From Tubiluchus corallicola (lineage: Eukaryota; Animalia; Priapulida), in the NCBI GenBank assembly GCA_030141605.1, contig JAQGDQ010000194.1, positions 248,001-312,000 on the forward strand: 64,000 bases of DNA, read 5' to 3'. The notes beneath the pieces are model-generated. The model did not search any database. It was not told where the DNA came from and worked only from the letters and a program-made list of their open reading frames with translations. Position numbers and translations under genes: made by a program. Numbering within the stretch: position 1 is the stretch's first letter; each line of letters starts with the position of its first letter. Shown here piece after piece: positions 1 to 14,715 of the stretch.

Positions 1-2546
1 TATAAGCAGAATTTATATAAAACATATTCTAACAAACTTAATCACATCAACCATACATCCAAAAATAAGTATTACTCTCAGATCTTGCTTGCAAACAAAA
101 ATAACATGAAACAAACTTGGCGCACTATCAATGAACTTCTCAAAATTAAAAAAAGACAGCTAGTATAATTCCAACTAAAGTTCGTTACCAAGACACAACT
201 TCATGTGACCCGCACCATAAAGCTAATGCTTTTAACAATTTTTTTGCAAACATTGGTATGTCACTGGCATCACGCATAATACAACCCGAAAACTGTAAGT
301 ATACAGACTATTTAATGCATCCCCAAGAAAATGCTTTCTATATCACACCAGTTAGCGAAATCGAGATTTCCCTCTATTGATAGACTAGATATGACATCCC
401 GATTACATATTTCAAAATGTCAAAAAACATAATTTTAACTCCGCTTACAAATCTATTTAATGCGTCAATTCTGACCGGGGCATTCCCCGACACTTTAAAA
501 CTGGCAAAAGTAATCCCCATATATAAAAAAGATGATCCAAATGAGCTGAACAACTACCGACCCATCTCACTCATATCACCCATTGCCAAAATTTTTGAGT
601 CAATCTTATATAAACGCCTGATGACATATCTAATCAAAAATGATACAATATCGTGTTTTCAATTCGGTTTCCGCAAAAATCATTCCACAATATTAGCAAC
701 TGCTGAAATCATAGACAAACTTAGACAATAAATTACTTACCTGCGGCATCTTTCTTGATTTAACAAAAGCTTTTGACACCGTTCAACACGCCATTTTACT
801 CAACAAAATGGACTATTATGGAATCGCGCAAAAACTATTCCAGTCATATCTTACGAACAGACACCAATTTACGGTAGTTGACAATTTTGCCTCCGACCTA
901 TGCCCAATACAATGTGGTGTACCTCAAGGATCCACCTTGGGTCCACTTCTTTTCCTGATATATATAAATGACCTCCCTCTTTGTACTAACATGCAAACAT
1001 GACTTTTTGCTGATGACACTAACCTCTTCTTAGCAGACAACGACACGCATAATCTGGAGCTTAGAAGTAATGAAGAACTGATCAAAATTAACACACAGAT
1101 GCGTACAAATAAGTTAACAGTAAACTATAATAAAACAAAATTTATGATCATAGGAAATAAATTTGAAAACAATGAAAACTCCATTATAACAGTATCCATG
1201 CAAGACTGTTTATTAGAACAAGTATCAGACATAAAATATCTGGGCGTCTACATAGATGACACCCTTAATTGGTCAACACACATAAAAAATATTACCTAAA
1301 AGGAAGCAAAGTTACAGGTACATTTTTTTAATTGAGGCATTACTTGAGCACGGATATACTAAAAATGATTTACTTTGCCATTGTGTACCCACACATTAAC
1401 TATTGTATCTTATCGTGGGGCACAGCAAAAAAATCTGTTCTGAAACCACTTACAGCAGCACATAACAAAATTATCAAAGCAATGACTTTTGCTGGCTTCC
1501 GAGATCATGCTACCCCTTCCTATTATGCTTTGCAATTATTAAAAATTAATGAAATTTATAAGCTTGAGTTAGCGAAATTCATGTTCAACTATAAAAAGGG
1601 CATTCTACCTAAATTATACGGCAATTATTTCAAAAAGATTAGTGACATTTACCAGTATTCTACGAGAGCAGCTACCAAACAAAACTATTTTCAGGAAAGA
1701 TTTAACACAACAAAAGGTCTACAAACTTTAAAACATAATGGTACAATACTATGGAATACTCTTTCAGATGATCTTAAGCAATCAACTAGTATCTGTCACT
1801 TAAGTAAACTATATAAATGTCAACTCTTACAAACTTATTACTGAGATTAACTACATATAAGCGTGCAGTATTTTCTAACAACTTTTATTCCTTTTGCCCA
1901 CTAATAAATTGTCTAACTGCGTGCAAGAGCAGTTACTGTTATAGCAGGTTCAATTAACTTCAATATTTAATTGTTTATTGTCTAACTTCTGTAGATTATT
2001 TTCAAAGTCTGGACTCCAATTGTCAATCTCATGCAGTCATACAGGTAATTTTTTTGTGCTTTAACTATCTGCCTATTAATTTTACCTCAGATCATCAAAA
2101 ATTTTTTTTACATTATTATGATATATTATGACTCCATTATACATTCGTTTGCTTATGTCTAACAATTATGCTTGTGTTATAAAGTAAATTTCAGTTGCCA
2201 TTGTTATTATGTTTCTGTTGTCAGATTTTTATTTCAGTTCTTATTTCAGTTATTTTCAGTTTGATTTTTTTTATATTATGCACTTAATATTACTGTGTAT
2301 GAATTGTACTAACACGTTATAAGCATATCAATTTAATGTCATTCGTAACAATTTAGTTTTTATTATAAGCAGTACTAATACACTGTAGCATAGCGCCTAT
2401 AAAAAATGTTCATCACTAACCAAAGAGCAGCTGACTAGATGACCAATTGGTCTTTCGCTGCCCTTTCTTCACATTTTTGTTACCAAATTAATTGTATTAT
2501 AACTGTGGGTGTGTTAAAAGATAAATAAAAGATTATTACTATTATC
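1..2546 (+). mobile_element. Decayed non-LTR retrotransposon (CR1/L2-group LINE): ORF2 reverse transcriptase, 3' UTR and tail
   Basis: Fragmented ORFs with RT motifs NYRPISL, QFGFR, DLTKAFDTV, GVPQGSTLGPLLFLIYINDL, FADDT, KYLGV; stops and frameshifts; AATAAA plus (ATT)-like tail at ~2521-2546; runs off the window start. Confidence 0.92.
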
Positions 2547-2759
2547 ACTGTGCAAAAGGTCTTGTACTGACAAACACTACTACTGAGCCCAGACCAAAAG
2601 CGTTAGACCAAAAGTTCCGGCCCAAACAACTGCTGCAAGAGGTGGACCTGATTTTGAACAAGTCGGAGATACTGGTTTTGGGATAAAAAAAATCTTACAA
2701 ATTGCACAAATAAAATTAGAGTCTAACAAATGTAGTGCACCTGTGGTGTCACATGCATC

Positions 2760-3400
2760 AACTAATCCTTTCATGAAACAATCGACAAGATTAAAAAAAT
2801 GTGTCATTATGACGAATCAAAAGGCTAGGTTTACCATTTCTTATTATACTTTGAAAACATAATGACACTCCATGTCTCATTGGAGGAATACTTGGCCAAT
2901 TTGAGTAGAGTGCTCACAGGCAGAGCATCAGACTTTTTGATAGAGATGAGTCCTAGTGACATTATTGACTACACAAAAATCAGAGAACGTCTCTTGAACT
3001 GCTACAAAATGTCAAAAGATCAGTCCACACATGACTTCAGAGCAATGCAGGAAATTTCAGAAAAATACAAATCCTTTTTCAAGGGATTGGTTTGCTATGG
3101 ATCAATTCATTACAAAAAAGACACCAGCCAAAGTAATTACTTTGTCGTTTTTATTATTGTTAACTGGCCTTTGCAAGACTGTTTTTGATAGATCCGACAA
3201 TATGATGTTCTGATTTATCTAAACGAAATATAAAATCAGATGGAAGATAATGAGTTATATAAAACGAATATATATTATATATATAAAGAAAACAAAATAT
3301 AAAACGAATGAGATGGGAGGTAAAGAGTTGCACCTCCACCATTACACTAACTCCCAACAGCTGGTTTAAAATTTCTGTCAATAACCTTACTGATCAGCTC
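2760..3400 (+). pseudogene. Probable Gypsy-type LTR retrotransposon gag remnant
   Basis: ORF 2862-3188 (LSRVLTGRA...DYTKIRERLLNCY) resembles the gag N-terminal region of Gypsy elements; heavily degraded, no LTR found. Confidence 0.4.
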
Positions 3401-3857
3401 AATAGCAGAACTAGTAGTAGGTATGACAAATCAAAGTGATTAATTTGTGGTGTATACTTTTCAAAGCACTCTAGTACACTCGGCCTGACAAATAACAACT
3501 TTGATTTCTTGCCTGTCCATTTCACACTAATCTGAACAACTACATCTGTTAATGCATTTTTATTAAATCATGATGACAAGTACTTGAATTTGCATTTGCA
3601 CAAATTCATATAAGTTCTTGTTTATGTAAATTTTTATTTTTTACGCCATTTTCGTCATTTTATGATTAAATTTTGATAATTTTCCTGAAATAAGACAACA
3701 ATTTTTAAACCTTCATTAGTGTTAGTCAATACAAACTTTTTATTCTTTAATTGATGTTTCGAACGGAAAAGACTAGTTAGTGCTCATACGGAAGTTCCTG
3801 TTCTGCTTTTCTAGTGTTGCTCATAACAATGCCAAGAGCTAACTATGTCTTCTCATT

Positions 3858-3925
3858 TTTTTGACTTTTATTGATTGTACCATAAGTGAATGTTTGACTT
3901 TTATTGATTGTACCATAATTGAGTG
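3858..3925. repeat. Tandem duplication, ~33-bp unit x2
   Basis: tttgacttttattgattgtaccataa repeated. Confidence 0.85.
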
Positions 3926-4408
3926 TATGTTGCACACCTGTAAATCTATAACTAGAATTTTATTCGCCCTTGAATTAAATTTCATTGCAAATGCTAACAT
4001 ATGTATTTCCATAGAGCTAAAGGCAGAATACTTTAAATTAATAATAAGAGAATTGCTAAATTCTTTATCAGGCCAACTGATGAACTTCTTTGAAGTTTGT
4101 TCACAGAAATCAGGGAAGTTTTCATATCCATGTGATGTTAGTAGAATTGAAGACTGAAGTATCAGCAGACTTGGAAAATTTTTCCGCTTTCTAAAATCAG
4201 TATCACTCACGATGCTTTTAAGAATAATCGTTAAGGCTTGAGCTTTTCTTATTATGTACAGCACACTTTATCCACTTTGATTCATTGAACTTACTACATG
4301 CACTACTATTGAGCTGCTCAGTAAGGTTGTATGAAATTTTTTTACACATATGGTAAACAGAATGAAAATCCAATTAAGCACATTACAAAATTTCTTCAAC
4401 ACTTGAAT

Positions 4409-4512
4409 ATAGTATTAGAACTACGTGACATCAATTGACATTGCTACTTTAAATAATAATGCAGATACATAGTATTAGAAATACATGACATCAATTGACA
4501 TTGCTGCTTTAT
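4409..4512. repeat. Tandem duplication, ~60-bp unit x2
   Basis: atagtattagaa.tac.tgacatcaattgacattgct repeated. Confidence 0.85.
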
Positions 4513-5116
4513 ACAAAAATTCCCGATATTACTTTTGCATTGTACATCTTAACTGACATACTGCAAGCTAGCTCAATCTAAAAATAAAGAAATAAAATTG
4601 CATTTTAGCATCTGTATCAGTCAACAACATCAAGACTTTAATTGAATAATGTCCTAACTAGTAACAAAATGTCGTAACATATTCTCATGTATCCCATTTA
4701 CTGATAGGATATTCTGCAACTGTAGCATTTCAAGATTTAAGATTTTCAGATACTGTATTTTGTACATACTTACACTTTGTATTCGCTTCATTTTATAGAT
4801 AACATTTTGCACTTTTAACAGATTAATTGGCGGAGTGCAACTCTGACCCTCCTGCTCATCCACAAATCAGACTAATTTGTCACATAATTTTTTATTCCCA
4901 ATAAAAGTGTTATGCAACATAAACAGGTAATTGTTGTCCTGCAATTTTCCAAAGGGCAGCAACAGATGTGGAAAAGTTCATTTGAAAAAGTGGACTAAGG
5001 CTCGAGGTTACATTTTACAGGTGTCGTCTTAGGCATTATGGTTTTTATGATAATCAAAACAAGTATTAATTTTACATACCTCAACAGCATAATTTAGTGT
5101 AGAATATAAGACATTC

Positions 5117-8100
5117 CAATCAATCAATCAATTTATTTCACTCCAGCAATACATATACAATACATCAACATACAATATTATTGAAAAAAAAGAAACAGTA
5201 TAGGTAAAAAGCGTTGATGAAGTCAAATTAACCAAATAAAAAAGTTGCTGTATGACACCTTGAAAGCTTGGCTTGTTAGGGTGGCAGAAATGAATGAATG
5301 AAAGAATTGTTAGGGTCAAAAGAAATGATGGAATGGAAAAAAAATAGTAAGAGTAGGGATAGGAAGGAAAAGAGGAGAAGAAACTACCACAATGTATGTT
5401 TAATTTACGTACAGCTATATTAAAATATCATTATAATTGATTGGAGGCCATACATGCTTGCTTATTTGCTGCCCCCACCAGGTGTAGGAACTCAAACTTA
5501 CTTGCTCGCTACTCAAACCCATCTCCCTGGCCTCATCGAAGATCTTTATGATCGGGCGTAACGGGTCTGTAGCAAGGCTATGCCGTCTGGGGTTTTATAC
5601 CCCTTGAGGTCCAACCATAGCGGCAGGCTTGCTGGCAGCGGTGAAAGGCCGCATCTCGGCTAACTGAGGGAGCTCTGGAACCCTGTGGGCGTGGTGGTCT
5701 CGTCCCCGATGTACCCCATATAATGCAGCAATAAGTTAGGTATGGTAATACCAATGAATTATAAAGTGTTATAAGATGAGATTTGTGTAATTTATTTTTA
5801 ATGAAATTAATTATTCCCAGATTCTTAGCAATTTTTTAACTGATAGAATTGATATGTGGTTTCCAATCAAGATTTTCATTAATTACAGCGCTTAAGAATT
5901 TGATATTTGGAACTATTTCAATTGCCTATCCTTCAATGAAAAAGTTAATGTCATTCGGGGGCCTTTTATTTATAGAGTGAAATACAATGCATTTTGTTTT
6001 AGTTGGATTCAATGAAAATTTGTTTGCTTTAAACCAATCATCTATGAATGGAAGTTTATTATTTATTTCAGGCACAGAATAAGATTTTAAATCAAAAATA
6101 ATGTGGTGTTATGTACATTACATTGAAATAGGTTATTGTTGGTTAAGACATTGGACAGGTCATTGATATATATTAAAAATAATAGAGGGCCAAGAATGGA
6201 GCCTTGTGGTACACCACACTTCATGGATTAAGGGCTGGATAGACAATTATTGCACCTAACTATTTGGCTTTTTACAGAAAGATAATTATTAAGCCATTCA
6301 TTCGGAATGCCTCGTATACCATAGTGAGAAAGTTGTTCAATTAGTAGGTCATGATCGATGGTGTCGAAGGCTTTAGACAAGTCACAGAAAATGCCAACAG
6401 AGATTGAATTGTTTTCAATAGTATTAACAGTTTGTTCACAAACTTTAATTAAAGCTAGCTCAGGATATGCCTGATCTGAATCCAAACTGACTGTTGTTAA
6501 GTATGTTATGTTTGATTAAATGTTTGCATAATTGATTGTGTGCACATCTTTCGAGTATCTTAGAAAAAAAGGGTAGCAGGGATATTGGTCTACAGTTATT
6601 TAGGTGCGTGTCTTAGCCAATCTTATGAAGTGGTACTATAAGAGCTTGTTTCGTCTTGATGGGAACAACGCCACTACTAAGAGATTTTTTTAAAATGAGT
6701 TATAGGTTGATATTTCAGGAAATATATCCGCGATTATTCTAGGTATGTAGTTGTCAATCCAGGGACTCTTATTGACATTTAGCGAATTGCATATATTAAG
6801 AACGCCTTTAGGAGTAACTGGATTAAAAAGAACAAATTGAGGTAGTTACCTTTTAAGTGTTCTCTAAAATGATTATTTGACATGTTAATATTCTCAGCAA
6901 GTGATGGTCCAAAATATTCATAGAATTTATCAGCAATTAATTCGTTATTTGTTTCGATTTTATTGTTGATATTTAATTTAATTTGATTCTGCATTTTGCG
7001 TTTATTCATTAATTATTTCATAGTTGTCCATGTCATTTTTATATTGTTTTTATACACTTCTAATCTATGCTTGCAATTGATTTAGGATTGTTATTTTTTA
7101 GTGTTGCTCTGTACATTTTATTTTTCTTTCTAATCTAATTTAATAATCCAACAGATATCCAGAGTTTTTTGTTATGGTTAGGATTGATTTGTGTGTGTTT
7201 TTTCTTATATACGAGCTGTAAATATGATTAAATTTATCATAAAAAATTTCTGTGGCTAAATTAGGATCTGGCTCTAACAGAACGTCGTCCCAATTAGTGC
7301 TAGATAACTCGTTTCTGAAGGCTGTTTTGATCAAATCGTTGTAAACAGTTTTATTACGGAAAGTCTTTTGCATAGGAGATGGTAGGGTAAAATCAGTGAT
7401 TGTAAAAATAGGATAGTGGTCGGTGATGGTACTGAATGACGCTGGTGAAAATGCTGTCGATAAAAGGCTGAAAAGTTAATAATTCTTGTAGGACGTGTTA
7501 TTGTTTGGAACGTGGAATTGGTAAACATTGAATCTAGAAAGTATTTGGATCATTGTGGGTTTGATGATTAATCAAATTAATGTTATAATTCCTTTTGTTA
7601 CTGACTTTGGATATTACGCTAGCGGTTTTATCTGTAAACTGTAAAAGATTCACCTGGAGGACGATAAATTGACCCTATAACAATGTTCTTGTCCTGATTG
7701 CATAACATCTCAACAAAGATGGCTTCAATATCATTGTCAGAGAGATTTAGATCATTACGGACAATAAATGGTAAATCCTCTGTAACGAACAATGCAACAC
7801 CACCACCACGTTTATCTATTGTCCTATTAGATAGAGAAAGAAGACGTTTAACCGGGCAAGTTAATCGAGTAACCAGTGTTATCCATGAGCCAAATTTCAG
7901 ACAGTTGCAATTATGGAAAAATTTGTCCTTAACATCTGTAGATAAGCTAAAAAATGATCAAAATTTGCATTTATACTTCTAATATCTAAATGTATGATTG
8001 ATAAAAAGTTGTTGTCTGGCATATTGTAATTGTTACAAAACAATGAATTGAATTGGTCGATATCATAATATTTATTACCATTTGGAATGTTCATGCTGTT

Positions 8101-8340
8101 AAAGAAATTTGTATCAGGGTTGACTTTGTCTAGGTATTCAGTATCATGATTGAATAGGTTGGTGTTATCGTCAAATAAATTTAATTTAAAGGCATCACAG
8201 TCGATTATAATAGCAATATTTATATACCTGGTGGCCAGAAAAAAGTCTTCATCATCAAGAATCTAATTAATTAAAAGGAAATATGTTTGCCAAGCAGTTA
8301 CGGCAGAACCAGGCATTACTATCATGAGATAAATGAGTAA
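5117..8340 (-). mobile_element. Decayed LINE (L2/CR1-group): APE endonuclease plus RT ORF2
   Basis: Minus-strand fragments IIHLDIRSI (endonuclease), QTITRPTRI, GIFCDLSKAFDTIDH, GVPQGSILGPLLF; 3' end AATAAA followed by (ATTG)n at ~5117-5138; possible CCHC ORF1 remnant (CLSFGHKQTISC) at ~9570-9790. Confidence 0.88.
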
Positions 8341-10203
8341 AATCAGATTGTTAGACGAGAACATTTAAGATGGATCCATGACTCGCAACAGTCACAATAT
8401 ATTCCATAATGATTAGTTTTGACAGGTTTAAAGCAAAGAGAACGAACTGTGGTCATAACTGTGAAGAAAGTACTGGAAGTAAAACAGTAACACAAAAACA
8501 AACAGACAAACAAACAAGCAACAACAACAAATCACAGGATAATGTAAACACAGTCTAGGTCACGGAGAAAAGGATAGTACAAAACTATAATGGCCAAGTC
8601 AGGAGAAAATGAAGAGTAGGTATGGATCATGAAAATGCAGTGTGTCATACGAAAACTTTTAAATCGAGTTTAAATGCTGGTGACAGTTTGTTAAATAGGA
8701 ATACAGAATTTTTGGTTGTAGATATGGCTAATTAACAAAACCTCAAAGATCAAATTTATGAATACTACAAGTGATTATTCATGTGCACCAGTACATAGAT
8801 TGTGAAAACACATAACAATTTTGGTACAGTGTACTACAGTAGGATGCAATCAGAATATATGCAAAAGTACTACAGTTTATGCAGAAAACAGATTTCTAGA
8901 TCGTTATTACCAGGTTACTGGTAATAATATATGACAGCAATATACAACATATAATTATATTGTTGTGAAACAAAGAGTGAAAGAAATTAGTAAAAAATCA
9001 GATGAAGACAGAGTTAATTTTATGAAGTCAATATTATTAATAGTCAAATGATAAAATGAGAATGTATGTCTAAACAAGTATAGTATAAATGAATAATATA
9101 GTAGTACAGTATAGCTGTAATATGATGTACTAAAATACTTGACGTAAAAGGTCAAGGCGATTATTGTTACTACATTAACATAGGGGTTAACTGAGAACAC
9201 ATTATGAACACTTCTACCGTTTTTATTGGATTTTAGCTAATTAGGAAGTCAAACATCACACAAGAACAAACTACGTAACAGCTCTAAAAGAATCAAGGTT
9301 TTTTGGCAATAACACTCACAACAAAGTAAAAAGAAAAATATCTAGTTATCATAGTGTTAACCTTTCCCCTGAGAAAATAAGGAATGAAAGAGGAGTCTGC
9401 TATAGCTCACTGCTCACACCACAGCTTCAACAAAACATCAGCAACTTCACTCTATGGACAACAGTGATGTTGACAGTTGCGGCATCTGGCTACTTGCAGC
9501 TAGTCACCTCTCAGTAAAACTTGGCCCACGATTAGACACAGTGCAGACATTTCTAACACATTGCTAGCATGATCAAAGCTCCATCCACAACTTCAGTGGA
9601 TTGGTATTACAGCTGATAGTCTGTTTATGCCCAAATGACAAACAGATGCGCACAACTTTATCCAAGTTTAGATAACCATTTTTGTAGAGTAAAACGTATT
9701 GAAATATTAATCCATTCAATATGTAGTTACAGTTGTATGTCAATTGTAGTTGTATTTCACTGTTTTCTTTCATATTTTTGCTTTTCAATTAATTTTTAAG
9801 TGTTCAAATATAGCATGCGCCAGCAAAAATGTCAATAACAATGCTGGTACCCTCATGCATGCGAGTAAAAACTTTTAGTGATTAGGTGTTTAGACACTCT
9901 CAAACAAACAGATTAGTTTTAAATTATGCTGCAAAAATGAGCTTACTTACATACCGACTCTGAAATGCACAAGGTGTCTTTAATGATGTAGATGATGTCT
10001 TTGAAGATGTAGTAAACATGGCAAGCTTAGTTTTCACAGACCACGGGAATCAGTATAAAGATGCCTTCTGCAGGTTCTAAGACATATTTATCAGAATTTG
10101 AGGGAGGACTGATATTAAATTTGTGTTCTGGACATAACTGCAAGACTGGATCTAAGCTAGCCAAGAAATTCTTGGCACTATAACTGTCATTTTGATTATA
10201 TAT

Positions 10204-10226
10204 TTAAGAGATCGCCAGTAGTCTAC
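10204..10226 (-). CDS. Candidate terminal coding exon of the multidomain inhibitor gene (GRLLAIS*)
   Basis: ttttttatAG acceptor at 10227-10228; phase-1 reading gives 7 residues then TAA; no homology support. Confidence 0.35.
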
Positions 10227-12087
10227 CTATAAAAAATTACCACCAAATATTTTACATTGGGGGAATTTAAAAATATTAAAAACGAGATTCAGTTAACAAA
10301 TGAGTGCACTTTGTCATTACGACAAAGAACATTTAGGTTTGGTGACTAAGCAATATCAACTAATCATTTGTTAGGCAAATCTTGTAGTCTCATCATGGAC
10401 CACAATAGTAACTTAAAAAATTGGATGTCAACGAAACAGTGCTTAATTCTCAAAACGATGTGAGATTCATACATTTGCTACATTTAATGTGGATCTGCTT
10501 TATTTAATCTATATCTGTACTTTCACATGCTGTATTTCAAATACATTAAAAACTGTATGTACTCTTAAGAATGGCTGCCATTAGGCAGTAGACATATTGA
10601 GTTTATTTGTTAATAAATCATATCTTGTACCAACTTAACTAGTTCAGCATGTTTGGATGTGTTAGTATACAGGGCTTCCTTACTAAATGGCTGGCACCAA
10701 GACTGGAACCTATCAGATTATAAAGGACAATCCACTGAAACCAAACACTTAACGGCTATATATGCCTTCACAAGAATAACTGGTTTAACAACTTGATTGT
10801 ATCACTGCTGTACTAGTTTGCATTTTTAACTAGTACATGTACTAGAAGCAATATTTGATGTTTTCCATTGACATATTTTCTACATCTTAATTGCCAAAAA
10901 AACTAAATACATTGTACATTTAAAAAATATTAATAAAAACATTTTGCTATTCTTTGCAGCTTACAATAAAAAAAACTAATAAATTATGTGCATTTTTTTT
11001 CAAAATGTAACAGGTAATTTGCTTATATTGCAAATGTGTTAATAATGTGCAGATGATCCACTCTGTACACACTTTTAAGATGTTAGTTAGTAAAACATGT
11101 AGTGGCAACCCATGAGCTGAAATTTCTCTATTGGCCTAATTTCCTAAATGACTTTATAGCATACGGGACTTCATCACCAGTAGCTGATGATGATTTCACT
11201 AGTTGATTTTTTTAATATGGCACTTTGTTTAATCCATTTATGTTATTTTTTTGTTTTACAAAAGATGCGATATCAGCAATATCACTTCACTAGACTTAAT
11301 GAATAATATATTCCATTTAGCAGGATCAATGTTGCCAGACACTTTCTAAAATTACCACTCCAAATCTATGGAATAAAATATCAATTTATGTCATAACACA
11401 TCGAAAATTATTTGGCTTTAAAAGATATGAAATCTTTTCAGCTCAAATCTTACTTATAATGCCTTTGGGGTTTTGCCGTGAAGTGCGATAGTTACAATAA
11501 ATCCCGCGAATGGTTACTATACAGTTTATAATTTCAAACTTTTGCATCGTGTCTCTGCTGAACTCCTTTCTATTTCATTTCTCTTCTCTTTTCTCTATCT
11601 TTATCTACTATTTTACCCTAATCTATTCTCTATAATTCTTCCTCTTGTTAAAGTTTGCCAAAAAACAATTTTTACAAAGTTGAAGGCACATATAGCAGAG
11701 CATAATATCACCAGAGGTAAGGTAAATGTGTAATCATAAATGTGCATATATAATTATGTTGTTTACAAAAATTTACCATGCTAAAACTAGTGATGCAGGT
11801 GCCCAGAGTCACCAAAAAAGCCATTAGTGGATACGCAAAACTATTACAGAAGCTTCAGAAGAAGCTAAGCACATAGTATATAAGTTATCAGTGAATGCCT
11901 TTTGGTGGGAAACTACCATACAAACTGATTTTGCTAGAGTGTGTTTTTTGGTGTTAAAATGTTTCTGTGACAAACTCATTTTTCGAAAAAAACTAATGTA
12001 GTAATTTGAATAGAATGAGAAATGGTTTTATGAAAAGGCACATTAACAAGTACATTGTATAGTGAATATAGTATATCGAAAACCTAC

Positions 12088-12300
12088 CTAAACAATCTTC
12101 ATTGTCTACCATAAATATGCTTGGATCACTTAAAGTAGCACAGTGTAAGAAACAAGGATTGCTATATTTTTTTCCATCGCTTCCGCATACAATGTCAAGA
12201 ATCAAAGGGCATGAGCACTGTGACATGGATTCTACTTGTGGAGTGTCTAGTTCCGCAGAGCGAGCATGAGGCAATTGACCATCATATATTTCTACTTTAC
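12088..12300 (-). CDS. Exon 14 of 14: Kazal domain (subtype B)
   Basis: tttttcAG acceptor, GTAGGT donor, 213 nt, phase 1-1; CSCPLILDIVCGSDGKKYSNPCFLHCATLSDPSIFMVDNEDC. Confidence 0.92.
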
Positions 12301-13468
12301 CTGAAAAAAATTAAAAGGAAAATTTAATAATTTAGTATTTACCTAAACTGATTGGTCGGTCGACTTGAAATCTGATGGCAAAAACTAAATTTTACTTCAA
12401 TTCAGTTCAATTTGCTAACTCTAAACATACTATCTACCAATGATCAGTACTGTTGAAAATTTAATTGTACACAGCTTTTACTTAATGCTCCTTTAATAAT
12501 GGTAGCAGCTTAGACACATCTTACACAATTGACAACTAAAGCTTTCAAGCAAAGGTTAGAAACAAAGTATTATGAGATGTCATGTGTATAATCACACATT
12601 GCTAACACAACAAGTTATAACTGTGTATGTAAAATGTCTATACTAGCCTGTTATCACGTGAAAACAATCTTTCAAGCTGGCTTTAAAAATCTTTTGTGTC
12701 AGCTCCCAATAACTGCAATTAATCCTTGTAAAAATCTGCAAGCTAAGTTTCCTCCTAATTACTGAAACCAGCTCCCATTAATTAGCATACTGCATTCAAC
12801 AATTTAGAAATAAGCAGATTCGTTAACATAGTTCTGCATCAAACACAGGTAATTTTTGTTCAACTTTTGCTGTCATCTTGAATTTGTCAAATTCTCCAAA
12901 AATTAGTTGTCATTCAGACAATTTTTGTAAGCCCTCACAGATCAGAATGAGCACTTCATAATGCTCCATAATGAGCTTCTTAATTCCCCAAGTTTTAATC
13001 AATGCATGGTATAACCATTTACGTGGGCACATTTAGATACTTGACTAAAGAAATGTTATAAAAGAATGATACACAGATTTTTAAGATTGCTATCATAATT
13101 TTGTAAATCCAATTTGCCGCTACATAAGAACTCGTAACATGCACAATTGTCATACATTTTCAAGCTGAGCTGCCCTACATACATGCTGTGCAATGTAAGT
13201 TTTTGCAATAATAGTTTGCCACTTCATCAGTAATGCCTGATTATCATGTATTATGATGTCAAGCTGCCCGCTATAAGTGCTGTGTGGCACAAGTTTTTTA
13301 TGGGCATGCACTAGAGCATCCTACATAATTTACTTTTTTATAGTATTTTCTTCATTGCATTTTTATTAATCACTTCACTCCCTAATTAAAGCAAAACAAA
13401 CATTTCAATAAAATAAATTCTGCTGGATTGTGAGCTACAAGGCAGAAATCCTCAGGCCTGCTCTGTCA

Positions 13469-13545
13469 GGTTGACTGGTAGCTCAGTAGGTAGAGTATAG
13501 GAGAAACAAACCCAGGTCTAAGGCTGAAATCCCCGACTCCTTTCT
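13469..13545 (+). mobile_element. tRNA-derived SINE head (degenerate)
   Basis: A-box TAGCTCAGTAGG at 13479-13490, degenerate B-box GGCTGAAATCC at ~13522; no clean cloverleaf. Confidence 0.5.
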
Positions 13546-13675
13546 TCAACTCATTACCCACAATAAGTAAAATAAACCAAAGGATCTTCATAAAAATACT
13601 GGCAATCACAGTCCTAATTAGTAAATAAAATAAAACCCTTTTACACTTTTGAAAAATAAAATATTATAAAATTAC

Positions 13676-13819
13676 CAGTACAGTCTGTGTTGTTTGTTTT
13701 TTTTAATAATTTATTTTGTTTAGTTGCACATTCAAACAAGCAATTGTTGTCATATTTGCGTTTATCATTGCCACACACTGGAGTCGCATGTGATACTTTA
13801 GGACAGTCACACTTATGCT
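13676..13819 (-). CDS. Exon 13: Kazal domain (subtype A)
   Basis: tttttAG / GTAATT, 144 nt, phase 1-1; CDCPKVSHATPVCGNDKRKYDNNCLFECATKQNKLLKKTNNTDC. Confidence 0.92.
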
Positions 13820-14715
13820 CTAAAAACAAAAAATTACAATATAAGCTTCAATAAAAAGTTATCATATTTAATTTATAGTATTTTTAAAACCATTATCACA
13901 TCTAAATATGGAGGAGAGAATAAATTAGCTCTAATTCAAACGTTAATGATTGCAAAAAAGGTTACAGACAGGCAGCAATGAGATCAACAAAGGTTCATAA
14001 CAAATCACAGACATTGTCTATTCACAGCTAAAAATATGAAATAAAGTAGGCAAAGTAAAGAACATATAATTGACATAGATAATCTTCAAAAAATGATAAT
14101 TAAAACAAGGAGAAAAAATTGAGAAAAAATTCTCGTTTTAAATGCTTTAATTTACTTTGTTTTTTCACTTTTTCACATAAAGAAAATTTTTATCCTCAGA
14201 GACGTTAATACAACTACAAGAACATAAATATCTATGCCAAGCTAAAAGACTGCTAAAACAATGAAGCAACTGCTCAACTATCACAGATAAAAATGCATTG
14301 TAAATCTCAAAAGAAACAATGATGTGCAACAATTAAATGTTACATTGCTTGCATGTTTTCACAGCATATTTAGCATGGCAAGTCTTTAAAATATCATTAA
14401 TCTATACTGCACATTAAGCCAAGTGCTCAAACACTCTGCATAAATTAAATACGTTGAAATTAGAACTTGATACATTTATTAAATGCTAGAAATCCATATA
14501 TTCAACGTCTGGTGCTAAGAAAGTTTGGTACATGTTATTTGTTAAAAATGTCTACAAAACACCTGGAAAATGCCTCCACTTCAGAAACATCGAGTAAGAA
14601 AGTACACTCTGTCTAAAGCCCAATGTAGGCAGCTCTGCATACACAATTTGTTTAAATAATATACACACTACATTCTCTACTTTCTCTCTTCAGTTAAAGT
14701 AACAGAAAAACTCAC

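Noticed and set aside
3839-4264. 141-aa minus-strand ORF
   Set aside because: No recognisable motif or splice-phase link; partly built from a 33-bp tandem duplication
13469-13545. Functional tRNA gene
   Set aside because: Only A/B boxes are recognisable; stems do not pair, so called a SINE head
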